This document shows, piece after piece, positions 26,631-34,749 of a stretch of 64,000 nt of DNA; the stretch's first letter is position 1, and each line of letters begins with the position of its first letter. The translations under genes were made by a program, and so were the position numbers. The stretch spans positions 1,348 through 65,347 of the IMG/VR virus record IMGVR_UViG_3300046705_000096, one strand, 5' to 3'. The stretch is from a virus (Duplodnaviria > Caudoviricetes). Below the pieces are notes generated by a model. It had not been told where the DNA came from. It did no database searches and saw nothing but the letters and a program-made list of their open reading frames with translations.

Positions 26631-27127
26631 ATGTGGGTCCAGCGTTTTCGTAGTTTGATTGCGCTAATCAACGAGAGACTGACCTTGTAGCGTTTGGCCA
26701 ACACACGCTGAAGTGCATCTGATTTACGAATCGCTACTACTTGCGACTCGGACAACTTTGAGCATGCACTTCTCTCACCCTTTAACCTCAACATACATCC
26801 ACGGCCCTTTCGCCACATATCTTGGACGTTCATTTTCTGAGTACCGAGAAACAGATGCCGCGGATTGCAACATAGTCGATTATCACATTTGTGACAGACT
26901 AACTTGTCTCCGGGGTCTTTTCCGTAATGAAGGAAGTAGGCGATTCGATGCGGCCCGAAAGCGCAGTAGTTCAACGACACCACTCCATAACCGTTACTAC
27001 TAGCTGTTGCAGCCCACTCCCAGCAATCGTCCGCCCCACCCTTGAAGACCTTGGACCAGAACCGTTTAATCTGCTTGTCAGTCAATTTCGGAATCGGGGT
27101 GTGTTTTCGCATAGTCGCATGCTCCAA
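26627..27127 (-). CDS. HNH homing endonuclease with C-terminal HTH
   Basis: CWEW...GYG...HRIAY...VCHKCDNRLCCNPRHLFLGT...N; antisense within the tail operon. Confidence 0.9.
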   Translation of the reverse strand: MEHATMRKHTPIPKLTDKQIKRFWSKVFKGGADDCWEWAATASSNGYGVVSLNYCAFGPHRIAYFLHYGKDPGDKLVCHKCDNRLCCNPRHLFLGTQKMNVQDMWRKGRGCMLRLKGERSACSKLSESQVVAIRKSDALQRVLAKRYKVSLSLISAIKLRKRWTHI

Positions 27128-27221
27128 AAGGTGTACGCGGAGAGTGTACCATTTCAGTCAATAAAACTACTCTCGCGGTAGAGAGTCAACCAATACACCA
27201 CCACTTGTAACGGTCGTAACG

Positions 27222-29996
27222 ATGAGAACCATTTCGGCAAATGCTCTCGCTGAGATTACCAAGACGCACGGCGCAGAACCAGTAAACATCGTCGAGATTC
27301 GATGGGTAGAAGGCGGTTCATGGCATATCTACGCAGATAAAACCATTCCCGGCGTAGCAGCCGGTCGGATTCTCGATTTTTCTGCGGTAGATAGCATCGT
27401 CAGCGTGACGAGTGGGTCAGACTCGAATCAAATCAGCCTGACGATTGATGATTCCGACGAGACAATCAAGCACATCTTCGATCAACATGACGTACACAAA
27501 CGCGATGTCCGCGTCTACCAGTGGTTCGAAGGTCTTGACCTCTCTGACAAGTTTCTGCTGTTCCGCGGGCAAATCAACTCTCCCATCGTGTGGAATGAGG
27601 GTGCGAGAACTTTCTCCCTAGATGTCGTCACCCGCGTCGAAGAAAAGGAAGTCGGGTTCTCGGCCGAAGAGGGTCAGTTCCCGCAGATTCCAGATTCGCT
27701 GATCGGCAAACCGTGGCCGCTTGCATTCGGCACGGTGCTCGACCTGCCGGCGCTGCGGATTGCGAAGTCGATCACCGGCACGACTCAGCAGGGAGTTGGT
27801 ATCATCAGCGGCACTGACCTTCATAAGAAGGTCCATCTGGTAGATGACGCCGACCTGCAAGACGTCGGACCGCAACTCGCCCAACTGAACACGCAGTCGA
27901 GTCTGCTGGCGCAAGTAGCAACCGACTGGCTCGGAGTTGACGACAGTGTGGCCGACCGGTTGCGATCTCAGATCAACGCCATCACCCACCAGATGTCAGT
28001 GATCCTCGCACAGGCTGCACTGTCGTCGCAAGTTGCGCAGGAACGGCGAACGCAGGACGTCGAGCGGTTCAACGACCCGGTAAACATCGGTCCCAGCGAG
28101 ATCAACATTCTGGGCGGCGAGGATTTCCCGCAGGGTATCCCCGTGCAAGTGGATATCAACGGCGGGCTGTTCACTGGTGTTTTCGACTGTCAAACGTTTC
28201 GCATCACCAGTCGCCGGCATCCAGATAATGAAGCTCGCGCACAGGAACTCTTTGACCAGTCCACAGGCGGGATCGAAACCTCACAAACGGGGTTGCAGAC
28301 GCTGTTTGAGCAGTCGTTGCTGGGTAATAACATCATCGACATGGAGATGCAGTCGCCGCGACATATCAACCCGCCGCGTCACATCCAGACGATTGTTATC
28401 ACCAACCCGCCTACCCAGCGACGGACGAACGTCACGCAGGTCGCTCAGCATTTCTGGGCGGACGCCGGGAGTCAGGTGCGACTGATCTCAGACCTTCCTG
28501 AGACGCACATTGTCTCTATCGTGCCCGGCACAGTGCTTGCCGTGAAAGCCTACAAGCAGTTCGAAGGCATTCGCCGACTCATCAACGTACCCAACGAGTT
28601 GTGGAGTCAGGTCACGGAGAACTTCGGCCCGATCACCGCGGAGACCGTCCGACTGACAAAGCAACTGTCGTCGATCCCCGATCAAGGCTGGGAAGACAAC
28701 CTCTACGTCACGTTCGAATCGTCAGTTGGGCCGAACACGGTAGACGTGATGGAATACCTGATCGACACGTACTCAAACTTGTCGAAGGATACGACCAGCT
28801 TTGACGCGGTGAAAACGAAACTGACACCATTCCCTTCTAGTTTCGCCGTGCTGGACCGCCCGCAGATTCTCGAACTGCTGCGGAAGATCGCGTTCCAATG
28901 TCGGTGCGCACTGTTCATCAAGGATGACACGGTCCATCTCAAGTACCTGCCCGAAGAACCGGCTGCCGACGATACGATCACTGAAAGTGACGTCGCCGCC
29001 CAGAGCATCAGCGTCACGCTGACACCGACCGAAGACCTCGTCACGAAGATGGACGTCACGTGGCGACCTACGTATGCCGACGACGACGAGCGGAAGATGA
29101 TTCTTCGGCACAACGTTGCGAAGTACGGAGATCAGGCCGAAGAGTTCGACTGGTTCATCTACAACCAGCCGGACATCATTCGCAAGGCTGCGACGTTCTG
29201 GTTGATCCGCAAGAGTAACACGTGGAAGCGGATCAAGTTCAAGACATTCTTGAACATGCTCCGACTTGAGACGTTCGACACGGTGTTGCTGGACTTCAAC
29301 CGGACTTTCGTCGCCGACAATGACGTAAAGGCAATCGTCGAGCAGGCCGTATATGATTCTGAAAGTAATTCGATCGACTTCGAGTGCCTTGTTCCGGTCA
29401 AGGCCGGTCAGATGTCGCCGTACAAATTCTTCTGGCCGGCGGCAGCCGAGGGTACGTTCCCGTTGCCGGATGATTTCCCCGGCGGCGACAATGTGGGAGA
29501 GGGGGCGACTGGTGACCTGCCCGTATCTAGCCTGAATCTGCCCAGCCCGTGCTCAAGCAAAATCTTCATCGGTGGGCCGAACATCGTGTTTGTCGGACCT
29601 GCCGATCACGGCGACCCGACGCCACAGGATACCGGTTTCGTTGCGCAACCGCTCATCCCTGCTGGCACCAACTTCAACCTGATCGCGTCGCCAAGGCCCA
29701 ACGTCGATCTGACGCTGACCTACGCACCCCGAATTCCGAGGCCGGTCATCCCGCCGCTTCCGGTCATTCCGGTGATTGATATCACGAAGACGTGGGTGGT
29801 TGACACCCAAAGCGGGAACAATCAGTTCGCCCTGCTGTCCACCATTTTGAGGGAGATCAACAGTGAGGGGAAGTTAGTCATTGACACGGATGCCCTGTGG
29901 GGCGACGGGACGGACGAGAAAGAGTTCGATTTCCGATTTGACGTCGAAGGCGATCAGTGGGGAGCCGGGACGGCATTTTTGAAATCTGATGAATAA
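27222..29996 (+). CDS. tail tip / baseplate hub protein
   Basis: 924 aa, last gene of the tail module; LLFRGQI, WPLAFGTV and NTVDVMEYLI patterns. Confidence 0.7.
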   Translation: MRTISANALAEITKTHGAEPVNIVEIRWVEGGSWHIYADKTIPGVAAGRILDFSAVDSIVSVTSGSDSNQISLTIDDSDETIKHIFDQHDVHKRDVRVYQWFEGLDLSDKFLLFRGQINSPIVWNEGARTFSLDVVTRVEEKEVGFSAEEGQFPQIPDSLIGKPWPLAFGTVLDLPALRIAKSITGTTQQGVGIISGTDLHKKVHLVDDADLQDVGPQLAQLNTQSSLLAQVATDWLGVDDSVADRLRSQINAITHQMSVILAQAALSSQVAQERRTQDVERFNDPVNIGPSEINILGGEDFPQGIPVQVDINGGLFTGVFDCQTFRITSRRHPDNEARAQELFDQSTGGIETSQTGLQTLFEQSLLGNNIIDMEMQSPRHINPPRHIQTIVITNPPTQRRTNVTQVAQHFWADAGSQVRLISDLPETHIVSIVPGTVLAVKAYKQFEGIRRLINVPNELWSQVTENFGPITAETVRLTKQLSSIPDQGWEDNLYVTFESSVGPNTVDVMEYLIDTYSNLSKDTTSFDAVKTKLTPFPSSFAVLDRPQILELLRKIAFQCRCALFIKDDTVHLKYLPEEPAADDTITESDVAAQSISVTLTPTEDLVTKMDVTWRPTYADDDERKMILRHNVAKYGDQAEEFDWFIYNQPDIIRKAATFWLIRKSNTWKRIKFKTFLNMLRLETFDTVLLDFNRTFVADNDVKAIVEQAVYDSESNSIDFECLVPVKAGQMSPYKFFWPAAAEGTFPLPDDFPGGDNVGEGATGDLPVSSLNLPSPCSSKIFIGGPNIVFVGPADHGDPTPQDTGFVAQPLIPAGTNFNLIASPRPNVDLTLTYAPRIPRPVIPPLPVIPVIDITKTWVVDTQSGNNQFALLSTILREINSEGKLVIDTDALWGDGTDEKEFDFRFDVEGDQWGAGTAFLKSDE

Positions 29997-30112
29997 TCAG
30001 GCATCCGGGCAGTGCTTCGATGCGGGTCAGCCTGAACTCCCCACCATCGCCACGGGCCGTATCCGTGGTCGGTGCTCCGCCCTCAGATTTTGAAAGAGCC
30101 GTCGAATGGTAA

Positions 30113-30412
30113 TCAAAATCGATTGGACTGTGTAGCCGGCTTCCACCCTTTTCTAAACGTCTTCGCTGCACGCTTGCGGCGAAGACGTTGTGCTTTGCGC
30201 CACGCGTCTTCCGACAACCGACACCAGTGAGTGTACCGGCCGGGCAGATCGTCACTCTCTCCGATGCGACCGAACGTGATGAAGCCTTCATCGTTCCACC
30301 GCTCGGCGGTACTGAAATCCTTCGGCGTCATGTTGATCGTGTTGACCTGCCCACCATAGCTGACCTGCCTGTCTTCGAAGTACAGCAGAAGCTCATGCTC
30401 ACGTTTCTTCAT
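30113..30412 (-). CDS. hypothetical protein
   Basis: GAGG RBS, ATG 30412; overlaps the stop of the upstream gene. Confidence 0.6.
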   Translation of the reverse strand: MKKREHELLLYFEDRQVSYGGQVNTINMTPKDFSTAERWNDEGFITFGRIGESDDLPGRYTHWCRLSEDAWRKAQRLRRKRAAKTFRKGWKPATQSNRF

Positions 30413-30726
30413 CTCAATGCCTCTCTTGCTGTTTGGACGTAGGAACAAGGTTCTGCGTTTGCGATTCTCTCCAATGCCGATCGGAGTTTTGAATTTTCGC
30501 AGTGTAGACACTGCCGCCCGGTGCGGGCGTGCCCGCACGTCTCGCAGGCGAAGCAAGTCCTACCTTGGTCGGCGACGAACCGGTTCAGCCTGCGGTTCTC
30601 GCCTTCGAGTTCGGTAAGTGCCGCCCCTCTGAAGTGACATGCGAGGCCGTACCACTCTCTATTTAGAATTTCGTACAAGTTCTGCGCGAAAGCCCGCACT
30701 TGTTCGTCAGTGATTTTCATCGTCAT
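30409..30726 (-). CDS. hypothetical protein with CxxC motifs
   Basis: CETC and CLHC; part of the - strand operon. Confidence 0.55.
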   Translation of the reverse strand: MTMKITDEQVRAFAQNLYEILNREWYGLACHFRGAALTELEGENRRLNRFVADQGRTCFACETCGHARTGRQCLHCENSKLRSALERIANAEPCSYVQTAREALR

Positions 30727-31030
30727 ACTCTCGGAGTAAACCTTCGAGGTCGGAGTTGATTTCACAACGATTTACCGGACCCAGCATCCCCGCCTCATAG
30801 AACCCGTTGACTTTCAACTGATCTTGGTGCCCTGTTACCCAGTAACAGCCTTCGTTGTTCGATGCGATTGGATTCGGTAGCAACTTCGCTACCGCCGCCA
30901 ACGTGCGCCGATTGTTGATTCGGTGGAAAGCCAAAGTCACATCGAAATGCTCGATGTCATCTGGAAGGTCCGAACATTCGATCATTTGTGCGAGGTATCG
31001 CAGTTGGTTAATCAGGTGTACTTTCTTCAT
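30707..31030 (-). CDS. hypothetical protein
   Basis: 107 aa, operon context. Confidence 0.55.
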   Translation of the reverse strand: MKKVHLINQLRYLAQMIECSDLPDDIEHFDVTLAFHRINNRRTLAAVAKLLPNPIASNNEGCYWVTGHQDQLKVNGFYEAGMLGPVNRCEINSDLEGLLREYDDENH

Positions 31031-31126
31031 TTCTTGACCTTTCCAAAATCGGGGCATTGCTTGTTTCTGCAACGATCCTCTTTGAAGCCGCTATGCTTTG
31101 ATTTGCACGTCGGACAAGTCCACGTA

Positions 31127-31705
31127 CTACTTTGCTTTAGCTTTCTGTTCATCGAGCACCCTGTAGAAGCTGAGTTGGTCGTGTCCGATACGTCGAATCA
31201 GTCGTTCGTGAATCTCTTCCAGTGAGAACGGTCGGTATTCGCCTAGTAACCGCTTCGCGTTGTCAACGCCGATGTCAATACTACGTCTCTCTGGAAACCG
31301 GTTATCCAACGTCTGCTCGCGCAATGAATGGACGTGCCCGTACACATGGCCGTGGCCGTTGTGGCTGCCGTCCCAGTACGCATGCGGGTAGTGACTGACC
31401 CAGATTTTGAAACCGTCTGGACATCTCACTGACAGACCGTCGAGAACTCGCGTGAACAACTTCGGATTTTTCTTGTCGTGATTCCCGCGGATCAAGACAA
31501 CATCCTTGCAGGTGATCCGGTGTCGGTATTGCTCTTTACCGAAGTCGCCGGCGACAATCAGACGGTCGTTTCGATGTACGAGATTATTGATGTACGACAG
31601 CAGATGGTCATCATGCTCCTCGATCGTGCTGAACTGACTTCGGCTGGCGACATTCAGGATTTCAGGGGAGCCAAAGTGCGTGTCGGCGGTGATCCAGACT
31701 TTCAT
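31127..31705 (-). CDS. calcineurin-like metallophosphoesterase
   Basis: ADTHFG, GDFG, GNHD, SHYP and GHVHS motifs. Confidence 0.9.
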   Translation of the reverse strand: MKVWITADTHFGSPEILNVASRSQFSTIEEHDDHLLSYINNLVHRNDRLIVAGDFGKEQYRHRITCKDVVLIRGNHDKKNPKLFTRVLDGLSVRCPDGFKIWVSHYPHAYWDGSHNGHGHVYGHVHSLREQTLDNRFPERRSIDIGVDNAKRLLGEYRPFSLEEIHERLIRRIGHDQLSFYRVLDEQKAKAK

Positions 31706-32022
31706 GCGAGTCCCGACAAGATTGAAAAAGAGACAGTGTCACCGGGTTCAATGGTTCGATCAAAACCCTGACAATGGATAGACTCACCATTTCGGTACAA
31801 AACCAACATGGTCAGGTCAAATGCGAAAAATGGGCTTTCTTCACACACTATCAATCCAGTGACCGGTTCGTAATGACATTGGAGAGTGGCAACTAACTCC
31901 AAGCCACGGTAGAAATGAATCACGAACTTCGGAACATCGACGCAGTGGCAGTCTTCAACCACGTTAAGGCCGATGTACTTTCTGGTTCCTTTGCAATCAG
32001 GACACATTAACGGCCTCGTCAC
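31702..32022 (-). CDS. hypothetical protein with N-terminal Zn finger
   Basis: CPDCKG...CHC. Confidence 0.55.
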   Translation of the reverse strand: MTRPLMCPDCKGTRKYIGLNVVEDCHCVDVPKFVIHFYRGLELVATLQCHYEPVTGLIVCEESPFFAFDLTMLVLYRNGESIHCQGFDRTIEPGDTVSFSILSGLA

Positions 32023-32299
32023 TATGTGGGCAAAAGTCGCACGTACCTTGATTCACAATTCGACCGTTCGCCGGACACTCTGCACACCGACAGAATTTCG
32101 TAATCAACGCCGCTCCGCACTGTGGCCTTCGCTTCATGGTCAACTCGCGGTGACGGCATGGTGCCCATTCCGAGAGTTGTCGCCACGGATTGCTCGGGTC
32201 TCGCACGTAGCCCGCGTGCAGTTTCGGGATCGTCAACCCCGGAACCTTCTCGTAGGTCAGTGCATCCGGTTCGATGATCGGCAGCTTATACTTCGGCAT
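31997..32299 (-). CDS. Cys-rich hypothetical protein
   Basis: Several Cys pairs; operon context. Confidence 0.55.
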   Translation of the reverse strand: MPKYKLPIIEPDALTYEKVPGLTIPKLHAGYVRDPSNPWRQLSEWAPCRHRELTMKRRPQCGAALITKFCRCAECPANGRIVNQGTCDFCPHSDEAVNVS

Positions 32300-33149
32300 C
32301 GCAGAGCAGTCTCAGCACAGCTTCCAGCCTTACCGACTGTACTTCAGGATCAAAGGTCTGGTCAATTTCAGCCACGTAAGGCGACGAGACGATTGCTGGG
32401 TCTACGAATCCAATCTCGTCGTCACCAACCAACTCGAAAATCTCGACACCGAATCGGTCCAGAATGACAGCATTCGGTTCTCCCTCGGGGAAGAACGTGT
32501 ATGGAAATCGCCACTCTGAGTCTTGAGTGCCAAGTGGGGTTGCATTCCCCGGCGCAACCCCACAATCCGGCTCTGGTTCCCATTGCCCTTCACCGACGTC
32601 AATGTACCCGTCGATCACATCGCCAGTTGCGATCAGGGTATTCTGCACCCGCATCTCCCAGCGTTTGAACCCGCGGCCGACCCAGCCTCGCCCGCCGGAT
32701 CGTCGTTGAATCACAGACTCTTCACTGCACGCCATTTGGGTGATCGTCAGCGGAATTACTTCCGCCATAATCCAACCGGCCCAGTCGAAGTAAAGAAATC
32801 TTCCAAGGTTCGGGAAGAAAAAATCAGTCACGTCGAGAAGTTTTTCGGACGTGTGATCCCGGTCTTCCTCTTCGCAGCAGCACTCGGGAAGTGATTCCAA
32901 TGCTGCTACAAGCTCGTCGATCGTGGACTGCTTCCACAGTTCAGGCACCGGAGAGAAATTAAACTCTTCAGGACACATCTCCAATAGTTTGTCGATCGCG
33001 CCCTGCACGTCGGATCGTTTCCAAATGGCGGGGTCTTCCAGCAATTCGAGCGGATCGACGTTGCAGTTTTCCGCAGCGTCGTTTATGGTTTGGATCAGTG
33101 CGTTCCACGCTTCCGCGGAGTCTGCACCGTCGAGCTTGTAGACTGTCAT
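32286..33149 (-). CDS. acidic hypothetical protein (repeated WKxSx[IV] helices, CCC)
   Basis: 287 aa, overlaps neighbours. Confidence 0.65.
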   Translation of the reverse strand: MTVYKLDGADSAEAWNALIQTINDAAENCNVDPLELLEDPAIWKRSDVQGAIDKLLEMCPEEFNFSPVPELWKQSTIDELVAALESLPECCCEEEDRDHTSEKLLDVTDFFFPNLGRFLYFDWAGWIMAEVIPLTITQMACSEESVIQRRSGGRGWVGRGFKRWEMRVQNTLIATGDVIDGYIDVGEGQWEPEPDCGVAPGNATPLGTQDSEWRFPYTFFPEGEPNAVILDRFGVEIFELVGDDEIGFVDPAIVSSPYVAEIDQTFDPEVQSVRLEAVLRLLCDAEV

Positions 33150-33400
33150 GGGTACGTCTCACTGACCTCTTCGAGTGATTGTTCGAGTTCAGCGACTCTA
33201 CTTTCGAGTTGAATCACGTCATCGTCACGCGATGCTGCCCCCTCTTCGAAGCCCGCGTCGTAATTGTCGGGTACGTCTTCCTGCGCCCTTTGCATGCAGT
33301 CGTCGCACGGATCGACAACCAATTCACCACGGTGGTAGGTCGCGTTCAAAGTGTTCCCACAATCACACACAACGTCTACGTCGATTTTAATTTCAGCCAT
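33146..33400 (-). CDS. hypothetical protein with Zn finger and coiled coil
   Basis: CDCG and CDDC; acidic tail. Confidence 0.6.
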   Translation of the reverse strand: MAEIKIDVDVVCDCGNTLNATYHRGELVVDPCDDCMQRAQEDVPDNYDAGFEEGAASRDDDVIQLESRVAELEQSLEEVSETYP

Positions 33401-33403
33401 TTC

Positions 33404-33961
33404 TCACCATTGAAGTTGAAGCATTCGTTTGTAAACTTCAGAGCATGCAATCGCATCCGACAAGGCGTCGTGCGGGTTGTCGTTGTTGACCTTTAGCTTT
33501 CGGCACAACCTCGTCAGCGTGAGTCGTTCAAAGGGCGGTTCCTCGGCGTTGAGCACCGCCCGGTCGTTCATCGCCGCGGCGATCGCCATCGTGTCGCGAG
33601 CGCGGACGTCGAACAGGTCACCCAACAAGTCGTCTCCCAGCCACGCCAGCAGAAAACCCCGCTCGAATGGCCAGTTGTGCGAGATCGGCACAGGGCGATA
33701 GCCGAGCTTCTCCTGCCACTCGATCAACAACTCCATCACCTTGTCGGAGTCGGGGGCGTGTAGCCTCAACTCTTCGAGCGATATCCCATGTGTCCGAGAC
33801 GCGGCTATGTCCGACCGTTCCGGATACTCGGGCTTCAAATTCGTGTAGAACGGGGTGCCGGCAAACTGGAAATCCGAAGTGAGCGGTAGCACCGCCACTT
33901 GAATGATTTCGTGGTAGCCCGGTGCGGTCCCAGTCGTCTCGATGTCAATGGATGCGAACAT
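33404..33961 (-). CDS. DEDDh 3'-5' exonuclease (DnaQ-like)
   Basis: DIETTG, HNWPFE, D and HDALSD motifs. Confidence 0.9.
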   Translation of the reverse strand: MFASIDIETTGTAPGYHEIIQVAVLPLTSDFQFAGTPFYTNLKPEYPERSDIAASRTHGISLEELRLHAPDSDKVMELLIEWQEKLGYRPVPISHNWPFERGFLLAWLGDDLLGDLFDVRARDTMAIAAAMNDRAVLNAEEPPFERLTLTRLCRKLKVNNDNPHDALSDAIACSEVYKRMLQLQW

Positions 33962-33963
33962 GG

Positions 33964-34749
33964 TTAGTCTCGTGTGAAGTCTGCAATCAGCTTCGAAGCT
34001 GGTCCCGCGGGCGGCCGGTCGTCGTTGGCACGCTCACACATGATCGCGTCAATCAGGATTCCCAAACACGCCCGTGCGTGGGCGAGATGTATCAGCCCGG
34101 ACTCGTTGTCGTTATCCTCGCCGTCAAACCACCGGTCGAGATGTCGCCTTGCGGCTGAAATGTAGATGGACGCGTTGATCTTTGTAGATCGCCAATTGAA
34201 TGCTCCGTACTTCTCGGCCCCCAACTCCATGACCTTTGCTTCGATGATGTTCGCCGATGCGGGAATCAAATGCAGGTTCGGTTTCTTTCGACCGATTACA
34301 TCCTTCGGGTTGCCGTCATCTGGGGCGTCATCTGGGGTGTTGTCGTCGGGTGCGTTGCCGAACACCTGAGCGTCGCCGAACACCCGAGCGTCGCCGAACA
34401 CCTGAGCGTCGCCGTACACCCATGCGTTGCCAAACACCTGAGCGTCGCCGGACACCGAGGCGTTGCCAAACACCCAAGCGTCGTCGGACACCGAGGCGTT
34501 GCCAAACACCTGAGCGTCGCCGTACACCCATGCGTTGCCAAACACCTGAGCGTCGCCGGACACCGAGGCGTTGCCAAACACCTTTGCGTTGTCGGACACC
34601 CAAGCGTCGCCAGTTTGTGAGAGGTTGCTCTCACTTTCTAACCATCCACCAAGACACTGATCGGATACTCGCCGAATTCTTGTCAAGGTTCGGCCGAGGA
34701 AAACCATCTTTTCATCGGTGAAGGTGTACTTCACAGTTGCATTACTCAT
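33964..34749 (-). CDS. hexapeptide-repeat beta-helix fused to DUF5664 (dATP/dGTP diphosphohydrolase-like) domain
   Basis: 14 repeats A-x-V-[FSY]-[GD]-[ND]; then NPKDVIG...GAEKYGAFNWR...RHL..W.DGE...ESGLIHLAHA. Confidence 0.85.
   Translation of the reverse strand: MSNATVKYTFTDEKMVFLGRTLTRIRRVSDQCLGGWLESESNLSQTGDAWVSDNAKVFGNASVSGDAQVFGNAWVYGDAQVFGNASVSDDAWVFGNASVSGDAQVFGNAWVYGDAQVFGDARVFGDAQVFGNAPDDNTPDDAPDDGNPKDVIGRKKPNLHLIPASANIIEAKVMELGAEKYGAFNWRSTKINASIYISAARRHLDRWFDGEDNDNESGLIHLAHARACLGILIDAIMCERANDDRPPAGPASKLIADFTRD
34357..34611. repeat. coding 18-bp tandem repeats with 108-bp higher-order duplication
   Basis: The block at 34397 recurs at 34505. Confidence 0.9.

Noticed and set aside
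33964-34320. 2-aminoadenine (Z-genome) pathway
   Set aside because: No PurZ or HD-domain dATPase recognised; DUF5664 alone is insufficient.
34357-34611. CRISPR array or DGR template/variable repeat
   Set aside because: Units are in-frame 18-bp coding repeats without unique spacers; no cas genes or reverse transcriptase were seen.
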